DNA from: an uncultured Bacilli bacterium
Lineage (GTDB): Bacteria; Bacillota_I; Bacilli_A; RF39; UBA660
Direction of reading: 5' to 3'
Assembly: GCA_934085675.1 (NCBI GenBank)
Contig: CAKOHH010000001.1
Coordinates: 108,562-172,561, forward strand
Length of the DNA: 64,000 nucleotides
Position 1 is the stretch's first letter, and the number at the start of each line of letters is the position of its first letter. Below are positions 20,458 to 29,500 of the stretch, in pieces. The notes beneath the pieces are model-generated. The model saw only the letters and a list, made by a program, of their open reading frames with translations, searched no databases and had not been told where the DNA came from. The position numbers and the translations under genes were made by a program.

Positions 20458-20505
20458 AGTTTCCTATGATGATTATAACAGATACCCCCCCCCCGACTGT
20501 CAATA
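20458..20505 (-). promoter_or_regulatory. Promoter with a G10 homopolymer in the -35/-10 spacer (candidate phase-variation switch)
   Basis: Minus strand reads TTGACAgtc-G10-tatcTGtTATAAT-catcatAGGAAActATG. The poly-C run on the + strand spans 20485-20494. Confidence 0.65.
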
Positions 20506-20544
20506 GGTTTTTATTTTATTTGGTTGCTATAATTGTTTTATTTC

Positions 20545-20909
20545 TTTTTTGGAAAGCACCGAAATCATAGCAATGTAATCTAAATCATCGGTTGTTTTTA
20601 ATAGTCGTTCGATAACTGCCTTTTTCTCTGCATCAATTCCTTCTTCACGGCCATAATCATGAGCCTTTTTAAGCTGACTACTATAACCACGACAAAGATA
20701 AACATTTGACTTTCTTAAATTTTCTTCATTGAATGTTTTATAAGCTTCTAAGTTTAAAATGATATCTTTTCTTAAAAAAGCAAAAACATCGGCCCTGATA
20801 TTCTTTTCTTTATAAGTTGCTTTTTTAAATGGATATTCATGACTTATAATCTCAATTTGTTTCCTAAGATATTTTTCACCCAGTAGTCTTCCATTAAATC
20901 AATTTTCAT
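20545..20909 (-). pseudogene. Rpn-like nuclease gene remnant (two internal deletions, altered 3' end)
   Basis: Start codon and the first ~20 codons are identical to the intact copies. About 360 bp and about 80 bp are missing. Both deletion junctions sit at short direct repeats (gcctttttaa / ttctaaga). Confidence 0.7.
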
Positions 20910-21250
20910 GATTTTTGTCTCCTTCCTAAGAAGATAAATAAATTACCTTCTACTTATATATTCAAAAAAAATCAGCAATTTCCTTTTTTTTAATGAAAAA
21001 AGATTGCAATTTCTTGCAATCTTGACACTTATTTGACATCAATTAACAATATAAGGATTTATTATAATGACTATTCCAATAAAACTAAAGTCTGAGTAAA
21101 TATTGACGCAGTCCTTAAAAACTATTTAAGCCATAACCATCATAAGTTCTTAAATCATATTTTAAAGTATAGGAAAAATTAAAGTCAAATCAACTTAACT
21201 TGATGAAGTCATTATTCAATAGGATATGCCTGCTAAATAAATACTATTTT

Positions 21251-21814
21251 TCACTTTCTCAATTCTTTATTTTTTTCTTTTTCTATATTTGATTCTAATA
21301 TGCTTTCTAAATTTTTATAATAATAAATATTTTCAAGACCTACATGGACTCCTAAAGGTTCAAATTCTATTTGATTAACTAGTACTCCTCCTAAAGATTT
21401 ATGAAATTCATTTGACGGATTACCATCTAGGCAAGCAGTTATAAGTTCAGTATATCCTAGTTTTAATAATTCCTTCATACACTCAATTGCCATTTTTCTA
21501 CCTAGTCCTAAATTTTGAAATTCATCTAAAATATATTCAGAATATATTTCACCAGCATTTGGATAACCATCAAATTTAGTTTTACCAAAAGTACTAAAAC
21601 CGACAATTTTACCATCTACTAATGCCACATATGTATTATTTTTTTGCCTAATGCTATTTTCTTTCTTTTTTATTCTTTCTTCATCCTTGTATTGTAATTT
21701 ATCAATTATCTCTTTTGGTATCAAATCTTTATATGTGCTATTCCATACTTTAATATGTATATCAATTATTCTTTCAGCATCTTCTGGAATGGCTTTTCTA
21801 ATTTCTGTGTTCAT
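21251..21814 (-). CDS. GNAT-family N-acetyltransferase
   Basis: 187 aa with the acetyl-CoA-binding motif Q/RNLGLGRKM. Confidence 0.7.
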   Translation of the reverse strand: MNTEIRKAIPEDAERIIDIHIKVWNSTYKDLIPKEIIDKLQYKDEERIKKKENSIRQKNNTYVALVDGKIVGFSTFGKTKFDGYPNAGEIYSEYILDEFQNLGLGRKMAIECMKELLKLGYTELITACLDGNPSNEFHKSLGGVLVNQIEFEPLGVHVGLENIYYYKNLESILESNIEKEKNKELRK

Positions 21815-21865
21815 TTAATTACTCCTCTCATTTCTTGTTATTATAACACTTTTGTATCCGTATAT

Positions 21866-22735
21866 CTATACTAACACAATTTTCTCTAATTCTTCTTTAG
21901 AAAGTCCTGTGGCAGCAGAAATCTTTTCTAAAGAAAAGTTCATTTTTAAAAGTTCTTTGGATATTAGGATACGTTCCTCTTTTTTGCCAACATCAATTCC
22001 TTTACTCATGCCGATACTGATTCCTTTATCAATTCCTTCTTCACGACCATAATCACGAGCCTTTTTAAACATACTTCTTTCTTCATTCATTACTTCATCG
22101 CTTAAAAGGGCATTCATATACTCATCCATTGTCATAATTGTTCTCCATTTCCATTTTAGTTTGTCTCGTTCTTCTTCACTATTTGCTTTTAAATATCTTA
22201 AAATATCTAAAAACTCTTCATCACTTATGCCTACATTATAATTAAGTTTATCTAGTAAATCAAGACGTATGTAATAAATTTGAATATCATCTGTTAAAGG
22301 ATAGCCTTGTTCTTCTAAGAAATATCTTTGCACTAATTTATCTTGTAAAACACCTTTTTTTACATGGTCTACTAAATTAATTTGGATAAACTTCTTCATC
22401 TTATGATATGGCATGCTCTTTTTTAGTTGACTACTATAGCCACGACAAAGATAAACATTTGATTTTCTTAAATTTTCTTCATTAAATGTTTTATAAGCTT
22501 CTAAGTTTAAAATGATATCTTTTCTTAAAAAAGCAAAAACATCGGCCCTGATATTCTTTTCTTTATAAGTTGCTTTTTTGAATGGATATTCATGACTTTT
22601 AATCTCAATTTGTTTTTCTAAGAAACCTTTAGGTAATCTTAAAACATTTTCTGAGATAACTTCAAGTGGTCGGGTGTATTCTTCATTTCCTAAGATATTT
22701 TTCACCCAGTAGTCTTCCATTAAATCAATTTTCAT
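21866..22735 (-). CDS. Rpn/YhgA-like PD-(D/E)XK recombination-promoting nuclease (copy 2)
   Basis: More than 90% identical to 18100-18960 over most of its length. The C-terminal Gly-repeat region is diverged. Confidence 0.5.
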   Translation of the reverse strand: MKIDLMEDYWVKNILGNEEYTRPLEVISENVLRLPKGFLEKQIEIKSHEYPFKKATYKEKNIRADVFAFLRKDIILNLEAYKTFNEENLRKSNVYLCRGYSSQLKKSMPYHKMKKFIQINLVDHVKKGVLQDKLVQRYFLEEQGYPLTDDIQIYYIRLDLLDKLNYNVGISDEEFLDILRYLKANSEEERDKLKWKWRTIMTMDEYMNALLSDEVMNEERSMFKKARDYGREEGIDKGISIGMSKGIDVGKKEERILISKELLKMNFSLEKISAATGLSKEELEKIVLV

Positions 22736-22864
22736 GATTTCTTTCTCCTTTCTAAGAAGATAAATAAATTACCTTCTACTTATATATTCAAAAAAAATCC
22801 TTGATTTCCTTTTTTTTAGTGAAAAAAAATTGCAATTTCTTGCAATCTTGACATTTATTTGACA

Positions 22865-24229
22865 CTAATTAACAATATAAGGATCTGTCATAGTGCCGGT
22901 TCCTGTAATTGTAACGCCAGACTTTAAATTAATAACCGGACGGAGACCATTGTTATAAACTGTAGCTCCATCGCCAAAAGCACCTAAACCACCGACGCCG
23001 ATTACACTAGTAAACCAGCTAGTTCCGCAGAACGGATAATAACCTCCTGCTGGTGTCATTGTCCAGTAAGAAATTCCCATTATCAAATAACTATCTGCAT
23101 TTTCCTTTTGATGACTATATTCACCATCAAAGACACCACCGGCATGACCTGCATACATAGCTTCATCAGCGGTTATTAAGCCAATCGGGTAGTTTAATTT
23201 TTTATTACCGCTTGCCGCACTAGAAACCGTATAATAATCTTTTATATTTTCACAGGTAAGTGTTGGTGTACTTTCTTCTACCCTTATGTATCCTTTATTA
23301 TAAGTAGTTACCGTGCCGGTTCCGACACCACTTTGCTGAGTTAGGCTAGAACGGTCTCCACAAAAACCTGCATTCGTATCTAATTTTGAAACGTAACTTG
23401 AAAGTTTATCTGTATAGAACTTGTCCACATTTATTTTAACGGCTGAAGCTGTACTCGTGCCATAGGCTTCTCCGGATGTGTACATATAGCCGACATACAT
23501 ATTGTTATCTGATGATGTATTAAATGGACTGGTACCGTATCGTCTATCTTCAGAAGCCTCTCCGTTTTTATGAGCTACTGTCCCATCATAAAGCATTCTA
23601 ATTGAACCATTGCTGTTTATTCTTATGATTCGCCAGTAAAAGCCTGCAAACTTAACATAATTATTTTCGACAGAACCACGATAGTAATAAGTTGGCTTTC
23701 CATCATTGTCTGTTGTTTCAAAAATGCCTTTTTCATGGGATTCACATAAAGAATCATCACAGGCTGACTTTGTAAAATCTGGAGTATAACTATTCACTTC
23801 AATATTTCCTAAAGCCGTTTTTACTGTTTTTGCTGTTTTATTAAAATATAAAGTACATTTAGTTCTTGTATTTGTGGTTGCACTATAATTTTTGTAATTC
23901 ATTTTGGCTTCCCAAGAAGCATTATTCCAAGTTGGAACAACACCATTATTACAATTTGATTTTGTTTCATCTAAAGTATAACCCGTATTTTGAGCTGGCA
24001 TATTTCTTGATATAACACCATCTATATAATAAGCAAAATAGATATCTCCTGGATCTTCTACTGTTCCATTTATGACATCAAAATCTTTCTTTTCTTCATA
24101 TAAAGCATAGGATTTATAAAATAAATAACTATTTACAGAAAGTAAAAGAAATCCTATGACTAATATGACATAAGATTTTCTTTTATAATTATTGTCCTTA
24201 TATTTTTTTAATTCCATTATCTTCACCAT
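22865..24229 (-). CDS. Secreted variable surface/exoprotein, family A1, paralog 2
   Basis: N-terminal ~330 aa nearly identical to paralog 1. The C-terminal third has diverged. The C-terminal tail is the same. Confidence 0.7.
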   Translation of the reverse strand: MVKIMELKKYKDNNYKRKSYVILVIGFLLLSVNSYLFYKSYALYEEKKDFDVINGTVEDPGDIYFAYYIDGVISRNMPAQNTGYTLDETKSNCNNGVVPTWNNASWEAKMNYKNYSATTNTRTKCTLYFNKTAKTVKTALGNIEVNSYTPDFTKSACDDSLCESHEKGIFETTDNDGKPTYYYRGSVENNYVKFAGFYWRIIRINSNGSIRMLYDGTVAHKNGEASEDRRYGTSPFNTSSDNNMYVGYMYTSGEAYGTSTASAVKINVDKFYTDKLSSYVSKLDTNAGFCGDRSSLTQQSGVGTGTVTTYNKGYIRVEESTPTLTCENIKDYYTVSSAASGNKKLNYPIGLITADEAMYAGHAGGVFDGEYSHQKENADSYLIMGISYWTMTPAGGYYPFCGTSWFTSVIGVGGLGAFGDGATVYNNGLRPVINLKSGVTITGTGTMTDPYIVN

Positions 24230-24280
24230 AGTTTCCTATGATAATTATAACAGATACCCCCCCCCCCGACTGTCAAGAGG
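24230..24280 (-). promoter_or_regulatory. Promoter with a G11 homopolymer in the spacer (candidate phase-variation switch)
   Basis: Same TTGACAgtc-Gn-tatctgTTATAAT architecture. The C run on the + strand spans 24257-24267, which is 11 nt. Confidence 0.65.
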
Positions 24281-24291
24281 CTTTTGGGAGT

Positions 24292-25641
24292 TTAATTCAC
24301 TATATATGGATCTGTTTTGGTTCCTGTTCCTGTGATTGTTACATCTGAGCAAATGTTAACAACAGGTTTTATACCTACAGTAGCAGTACATGTCCAGTCA
24401 TTTATTTGACCAACACCCCCATTAAGAAAGAGAGACGTAGACCAATACCCATCACCAATGATAAAAGTTCCAGAAACTGGAGTTATAGTCCAAAAATTTG
24501 TTCCTGATGTATAAATATTTAAACTTTTAGGTTGTATATTTAAAACACCTTCAAACATTCCTCCTCCAGAGCCTGATAGCATTAACTCATCTACCGTGAT
24601 TAAGCCAATATTATACTTTAAACTTCTATTTCCAATGTTTGCTGATGAAATTGTATAATAATCATCATTCATACATGACAAATCAGGATTACTTTGAACA
24701 ACACGCTTATATCCTTCAAAAATGGTGTCATTATTATTAATTCCAGCATTATTGTTATTCGATGTTAAGATAATTCTACGATCCCCACAGAAACCGACAT
24801 TTGTATCTAATTTTGATGCGTAACTCGAAAGTTTATCCGTATAGAACTTATCTACATTTGTTTTAATTTTTGATGATGTTCCCGTACCATGAGTTTCTCC
24901 TTCAGTATACATATAGCCTACATACATATTGTTATTAGAACTTGGATTAAATTGACTGGTGCCATATTGTCTATCTGTCGATGCCTCCCCATTAGCATGA
25001 GCACTTGTCCCATCATAAATCATTCTTATTGAGCCATTACTGTTTATCCTTATGATTCGCCAATAAAAGCCTGCAAACTTAACATAATTGTTTTCTACTG
25101 AGCCACGATAGTAATAGGTTGGATTGCCATCATAGTCTGTTGTTTCAAAAATGCCTTTTTCATGGGATTCACATAAAGAATCATCACAGGCTGACTTTGT
25201 AAAATCTGGAGTATAACTATTCACTTCAATATTTCCTAAAGCCGTTTTTACTGTTTTAGCTGTTTTATTAAAATACAAAGTGCATTTGGTTCTAGTATTT
25301 GTGGTCGCACTATAATTATGATAATCACCAATAAATTTCCAACCAGCATTATCCCAAGTTGGAACAACGCCATTATTACAGTTTGATTTTGTCTCATCTA
25401 AAGTATAACCTGTATTTTGAAGAGGCATATTTCTTGATATAACGCCATCTATATAATAAGCAAAATAAATATCCCCTGGATCTTCTACGGTTCCATTTAT
25501 GACATCAAAATCTTTCTTTTCTTCATACAAGGCATAACTCGGGGATAAAACTAGATATCCTGCTACTACCCCTAATAAAAAAAATAAGAAAAAAATTAGT
25601 ATCTTCTTATAATTTATTTGTTTAAACTTTTTCAAAGACAT
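24292..25641 (-). CDS. Secreted variable surface/exoprotein, family A1, paralog 3
   Basis: Different signal peptide (MSLKKFKQINYKKILIFFLFFLLGVVAG). Same core as paralogs 1/2. Divergent C-terminal third. Tail KPVVNICSDVTITGTGTKTDPYIVN. Confidence 0.7.
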   Translation of the reverse strand: MSLKKFKQINYKKILIFFLFFLLGVVAGYLVLSPSYALYEEKKDFDVINGTVEDPGDIYFAYYIDGVISRNMPLQNTGYTLDETKSNCNNGVVPTWDNAGWKFIGDYHNYSATTNTRTKCTLYFNKTAKTVKTALGNIEVNSYTPDFTKSACDDSLCESHEKGIFETTDYDGNPTYYYRGSVENNYVKFAGFYWRIIRINSNGSIRMIYDGTSAHANGEASTDRQYGTSQFNPSSNNNMYVGYMYTEGETHGTGTSSKIKTNVDKFYTDKLSSYASKLDTNVGFCGDRRIILTSNNNNAGINNNDTIFEGYKRVVQSNPDLSCMNDDYYTISSANIGNRSLKYNIGLITVDELMLSGSGGGMFEGVLNIQPKSLNIYTSGTNFWTITPVSGTFIIGDGYWSTSLFLNGGVGQINDWTCTATVGIKPVVNICSDVTITGTGTKTDPYIVN

Positions 25642-25710
25642 AAAAAAATCACCACAGTTTCCCTATGATGATTATAACAGATACCCCCCCCCCGACTGTC
25701 AAGAGTATCT
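25642..25710 (-). promoter_or_regulatory. Promoter with a G10 homopolymer in the spacer (candidate phase-variation switch)
   Basis: TTGACAgtc-G10-tatctgTTATAAT. The C run on the + strand spans 25684-25693. Confidence 0.65.
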
Positions 25711-25727
25711 TTTAAAGCATTAAATTT

Positions 25728-26288
25728 TTACGCTCTACTTGAATATTTACCATCGCTAGTTGAGATAATAATTCTTTCGCCTTGGCTAATGAATAATGGC
25801 ACTTTAACAGTATAGCCTGTTTCAATTTTAGCATCTTTCATAGCATTGTTAGTTGTATTACCTTTAACAGCTGGTTCTGTTTCAACAACTTCGAATTCGA
25901 TTTTTTCAGGTAAAGTAACACCTAATAATTCGCCTTCATAATAATCAAGTTTGATTTCGATTCCTTCTTTTAAGAAACGTTTTTCATTTTCTAATTTACT
26001 TCCTGGAACTTCTACTTGATCATAAGTTTCTGTGTTCATGAACACATAGTTATCTCCATTAGCATATAAAAATTGCATTGGATTATGTTCCACACGAGCT
26101 CTTTCAATTTTAATATTAGTATTGTAAGAGTTTTCAACAACAGCACCTGTTCTTAAGTTCTTAGTTTTCATACGAACAAAAGCACTGCCTTTTCCAGGTT
26201 TAACATGTTGGAATTCAATAATTTGACAAAGATTACCGTCTAAAATAATTGTCATTCCATTTTTAATATCGTTGATATTAATATTCAT
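25728..26288 (-). CDS. efp: Elongation factor P
   Basis: 186 aa; KPGKG loop motif (HVKPGKGSAFVRMK). Confidence 0.9.
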   Translation of the reverse strand: MNININDIKNGMTIILDGNLCQIIEFQHVKPGKGSAFVRMKTKNLRTGAVVENSYNTNIKIERARVEHNPMQFLYANGDNYVFMNTETYDQVEVPGSKLENEKRFLKEGIEIKLDYYEGELLGVTLPEKIEFEVVETEPAVKGNTTNNAMKDAKIETGYTVKVPLFISQGERIIISTSDGKYSSRA

Positions 26289-26303
26289 AATCTTCTCTCC
26301 TTA

Positions 26304-26477
26304 CTATTTTCCAAGTTTAGTTTCTTTAAATACTGTTACTTGATGACAAGTAGGACAATATTTTTTCATTTCCATTTTATCTGGAGTATTTTTTTTGTTC
26401 TTAATTGTTGGACGAATTTGTTTTCCACAACGAGAACATTTTAATCCAAAAAATTGTCTATTTTCATTTTTTGCCAT
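26304..26477 (-). CDS. rpmG: 50S ribosomal protein L33
   Basis: 57 aa: MAKNENRQFFGLKCSRCGKQIRPTIKNKKNTPDKMEMKKYCPTCHQVTVFKETKLGK. Has the CxxC...CxxC zinc ribbon. GGAGG RBS. Too short for the ORF track. Confidence 0.75.
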   Translation of the reverse strand: MAKNENRQFFGLKCSRCGKQIRPTIKNKKNTPDKMEMKKYCPTCHQVTVFKETKLGK

Positions 26478-26589
26478 TATTTTTTACCTCCTCACATCAA
26501 AACTATATGTATTTTAGCATAGTTAGAACCTAAGTTCAAGCGAAAATAGTTTATCTAAAACTTAGGTTAAACTAATTTTTTATTTCTTT

Positions 26590-29500
26590 TTAAAAAACAC
26601 CATCAAATAAACTTAATTGACTTGTCTCAGGCATTGAGCCAAAGATGCCCATAGAGCGCATTTTTTCAACTGTTGTTTGATTTACTTTACCACGACTGGC
26701 AAAATCTTCAATACTATAGAAGGCTTTTTCTTGTCTTTCTTTAATAATTTGGGTAGCAACAGAGTCTCCAAGACCATCTAAACTTCTAAATGGCATAATA
26801 AGGCCATTTTCTTTCTCGTCCATTACAAAGTTTGCACCATCACTTTTTTCAATATCTATAGTTTCAAATTTGATACCCCGGGCAGTTGCTTCAAGTGCTA
26901 ATTTTAAGGTTTCAAGTAAAGATGATTCTTTGTTTGTCGCATCATAACCTTTCGCTTGAATTTCGACCATTTTAGCTTTTATCGCGTCATATCCTTTACA
27001 CATAACATCGATATCAAAATCTTGAAAACGGGTTGAAAAATAACTGCAATAATAAACAAGTGGTTTATGAACTTTATACCAGGCAATACGAAAAGCACTC
27101 GTAACATAAGCGGCGGCATGAGCCTTTGGGAACATGTATTTTATCTTTTGACAAGAAGCAATAAACCAATCCGGAATATTTGCTTTTTTCATTGTTTCAA
27201 CATAACCTGCCCATGTTTCAGGGTCTTTACTGGCCTTTCCTTTACGAACAAACTCCATAATTTTAAAGGCCGTATATGGTTCTAGACCACCATACATAAG
27301 CTCAACCATGATGTCATCACGACAGCCAATAACTTTGGCAAATGGTACAATATTTTTTTGAATAAGCTCTTGGGCATTACCTAACCATACATCAGTACCA
27401 TGAGCAAGACCAGATATTTTAATAAGCTCGGCAAAAGTGGTTGGTTTTGTATCTTTAACAAGTTGGATGGTAAATGGCGTACCAAACTCCGGAACGCCTA
27501 AGGTACCCGTATCACACATAATTTGTTCTTTGGTAACACCTAGGGCTTTTGTACTAGTAAAAATACTCATGGTTTCTTTATCATCTAAAGGCACTTCGGT
27601 AATATTATCACCCGTTAAATCCTGAATCATTCGCAGTTGAGTTGGGTCGGTATGACCTAAAATATCGAGTTTTAAAACGTCTTGGTCGATAGCATGGTAT
27701 TCAAAATGGGTTGTTCGCCAAGCACTCGTTGGGTCATCAGCGGGATACTGGAAAGGTGAAAAATCATAAACATCCATGTATCCTGGAATAACAACGATTC
27801 CTCCTGGGTGTTGACCAGTTGTTCTTTTACATCCTGTGCAACCGATAGCTAAACGTTCAATCTCAATGTTACGCATAATAATATTTTTATTTTCACAGTA
27901 ACCTTTGACATAACCAAAGGCTGTTTTTTCGGCAACGGTACCAATCGTTCCAGCCCGGTAAACATTATCGACACCAAATAGTACCTTGGTATATTCATGA
28001 GCACTGGCTTGGTTTAAATCAGAGAAATTTAAGTCAATATCTGGTACTTTATCGGCGTTAAAACCAAGGAAAGTTTGGAATGGTATATCATGACCATCTT
28101 TGTGCATTCTGGTCCCACACTTAGGACATTTTTTATCCGGAAGGTCAAAACCGTCTTTACAACTATTACCTAAAGGTTCTCCATTATCATCATTAAACTG
28201 GCTATATTGGCATTTAGGACAACGATAATGAGGAGCCAAACTATTTACCTCAGTAATTCCCATAAGGTTGGCAACAAAAGATGATCCTACTGAACCACGT
28301 GATCCTACTAAAAAGCCTTCATCATTGGAGTGTTTAACAAGCTTTTGGGCAATTAAATAAATAACGTCAAAGTTAGCACCAATAATTGCGGTCATTTTGT
28401 CTTTGGCTTTTTTTAAAGCTTCTTCTTTACTAAGTTCTGGTTCTTCTTTTAACACGGCTAAAGAGATTTCTTCTTGGACACTTTCTGGTCCTTTTAAAAT
28501 TACATCATGAAGTCTTTTATATATTTCTGCTTCATCACTAGAAGCATTTTTCTTAACCGCATCAATTAAAGGAGCGCCGTATAACTCTAAGGCGATACGT
28601 TCCTCAATATGATAAGGTAAAGGTTCGCCGTACCATTCTTTGGCTTTATTATAAACCATTTCGGTAACAATCATTTGAGAGTTTTCAATCTTGGGAGCAA
28701 AAGGAATACCACCTGTATCAATAATAACTTCGATTTCTTCAACCATCTCGGCTATTTTATTAGTATTTGTAACAACAATTTCATAAGCTAAATCTTCGCC
28801 TAAGAATTTGAAATCATCTAGCATTTCTGCGGTTGTTTTCAAATACATATTAGGCACATTAATACCTCTTCTATTTAATGGGTGTAACTTACCATTGAAT
28901 TTTTGGTTAACAATAATTTCCCGATAGATTTTATCATCTTTCGTTAAGTTATGAACATCACCTGTTGCAACTACAGGTTTACCTGCTTCTTTCGCAACTC
29001 GCACAATTCTTTTAAGATATTCTTCAGCTTCATAGACACTTTGAAATTTTCTTTCAGGGCCAATTAAGTGTTCAAAGGCACTAATAGGTTGAACCTCGAT
29101 ATAATCATAGAAACTCATCATGTTAACGAGTTCTTCGTCTTCTTTACTGCCGGCTTTATCAAAAATTTCACCATTAATACAACCTGAACCAATTAATAAA
29201 CCCTCTCTTAATTTAGAAATATCCCGTCTAGGAATCTTAGGCTGTTCATTTTTGTATAAATATTTGGTGTTAGCCATAGAGATAATTTTAAAGAGATTTT
29301 TAAGTCCCACCTTATTTTTAGCAATCACGCAGGCATGAAAAGGATAACTAAATCTGACTAAGGCATCCATATCCACTTCTTCTAATAAGTGATCGGTTGT
29401 TTCAATATTACGATCATTTAACACTTTACACATTTTATAGAAGCATATAGCGGTTCCTTCGGCATCATAATCGGCACGGTGGTGTTTTTCTTCATCCCAA

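Noticed and set aside
20485-20494. Poly-C runs as sequencing or assembly artefacts
   Set aside because: They cannot be excluded from sequence alone. However, the runs occur at the homologous position of three paralogous promoters with clean flanks and different lengths (10/11/10). That argues for genuine hypermutable tracts rather than random homopolymer error.
18100-25710. Prophage or integrative element explanation for the duplicated cassettes
   Set aside because: No integrase, recombinase, capsid/tail or tRNA-attachment signatures are present. The repeats are head-to-tail gene cassettes within chromosomal context, and the only enzyme is the Rpn-like nuclease.
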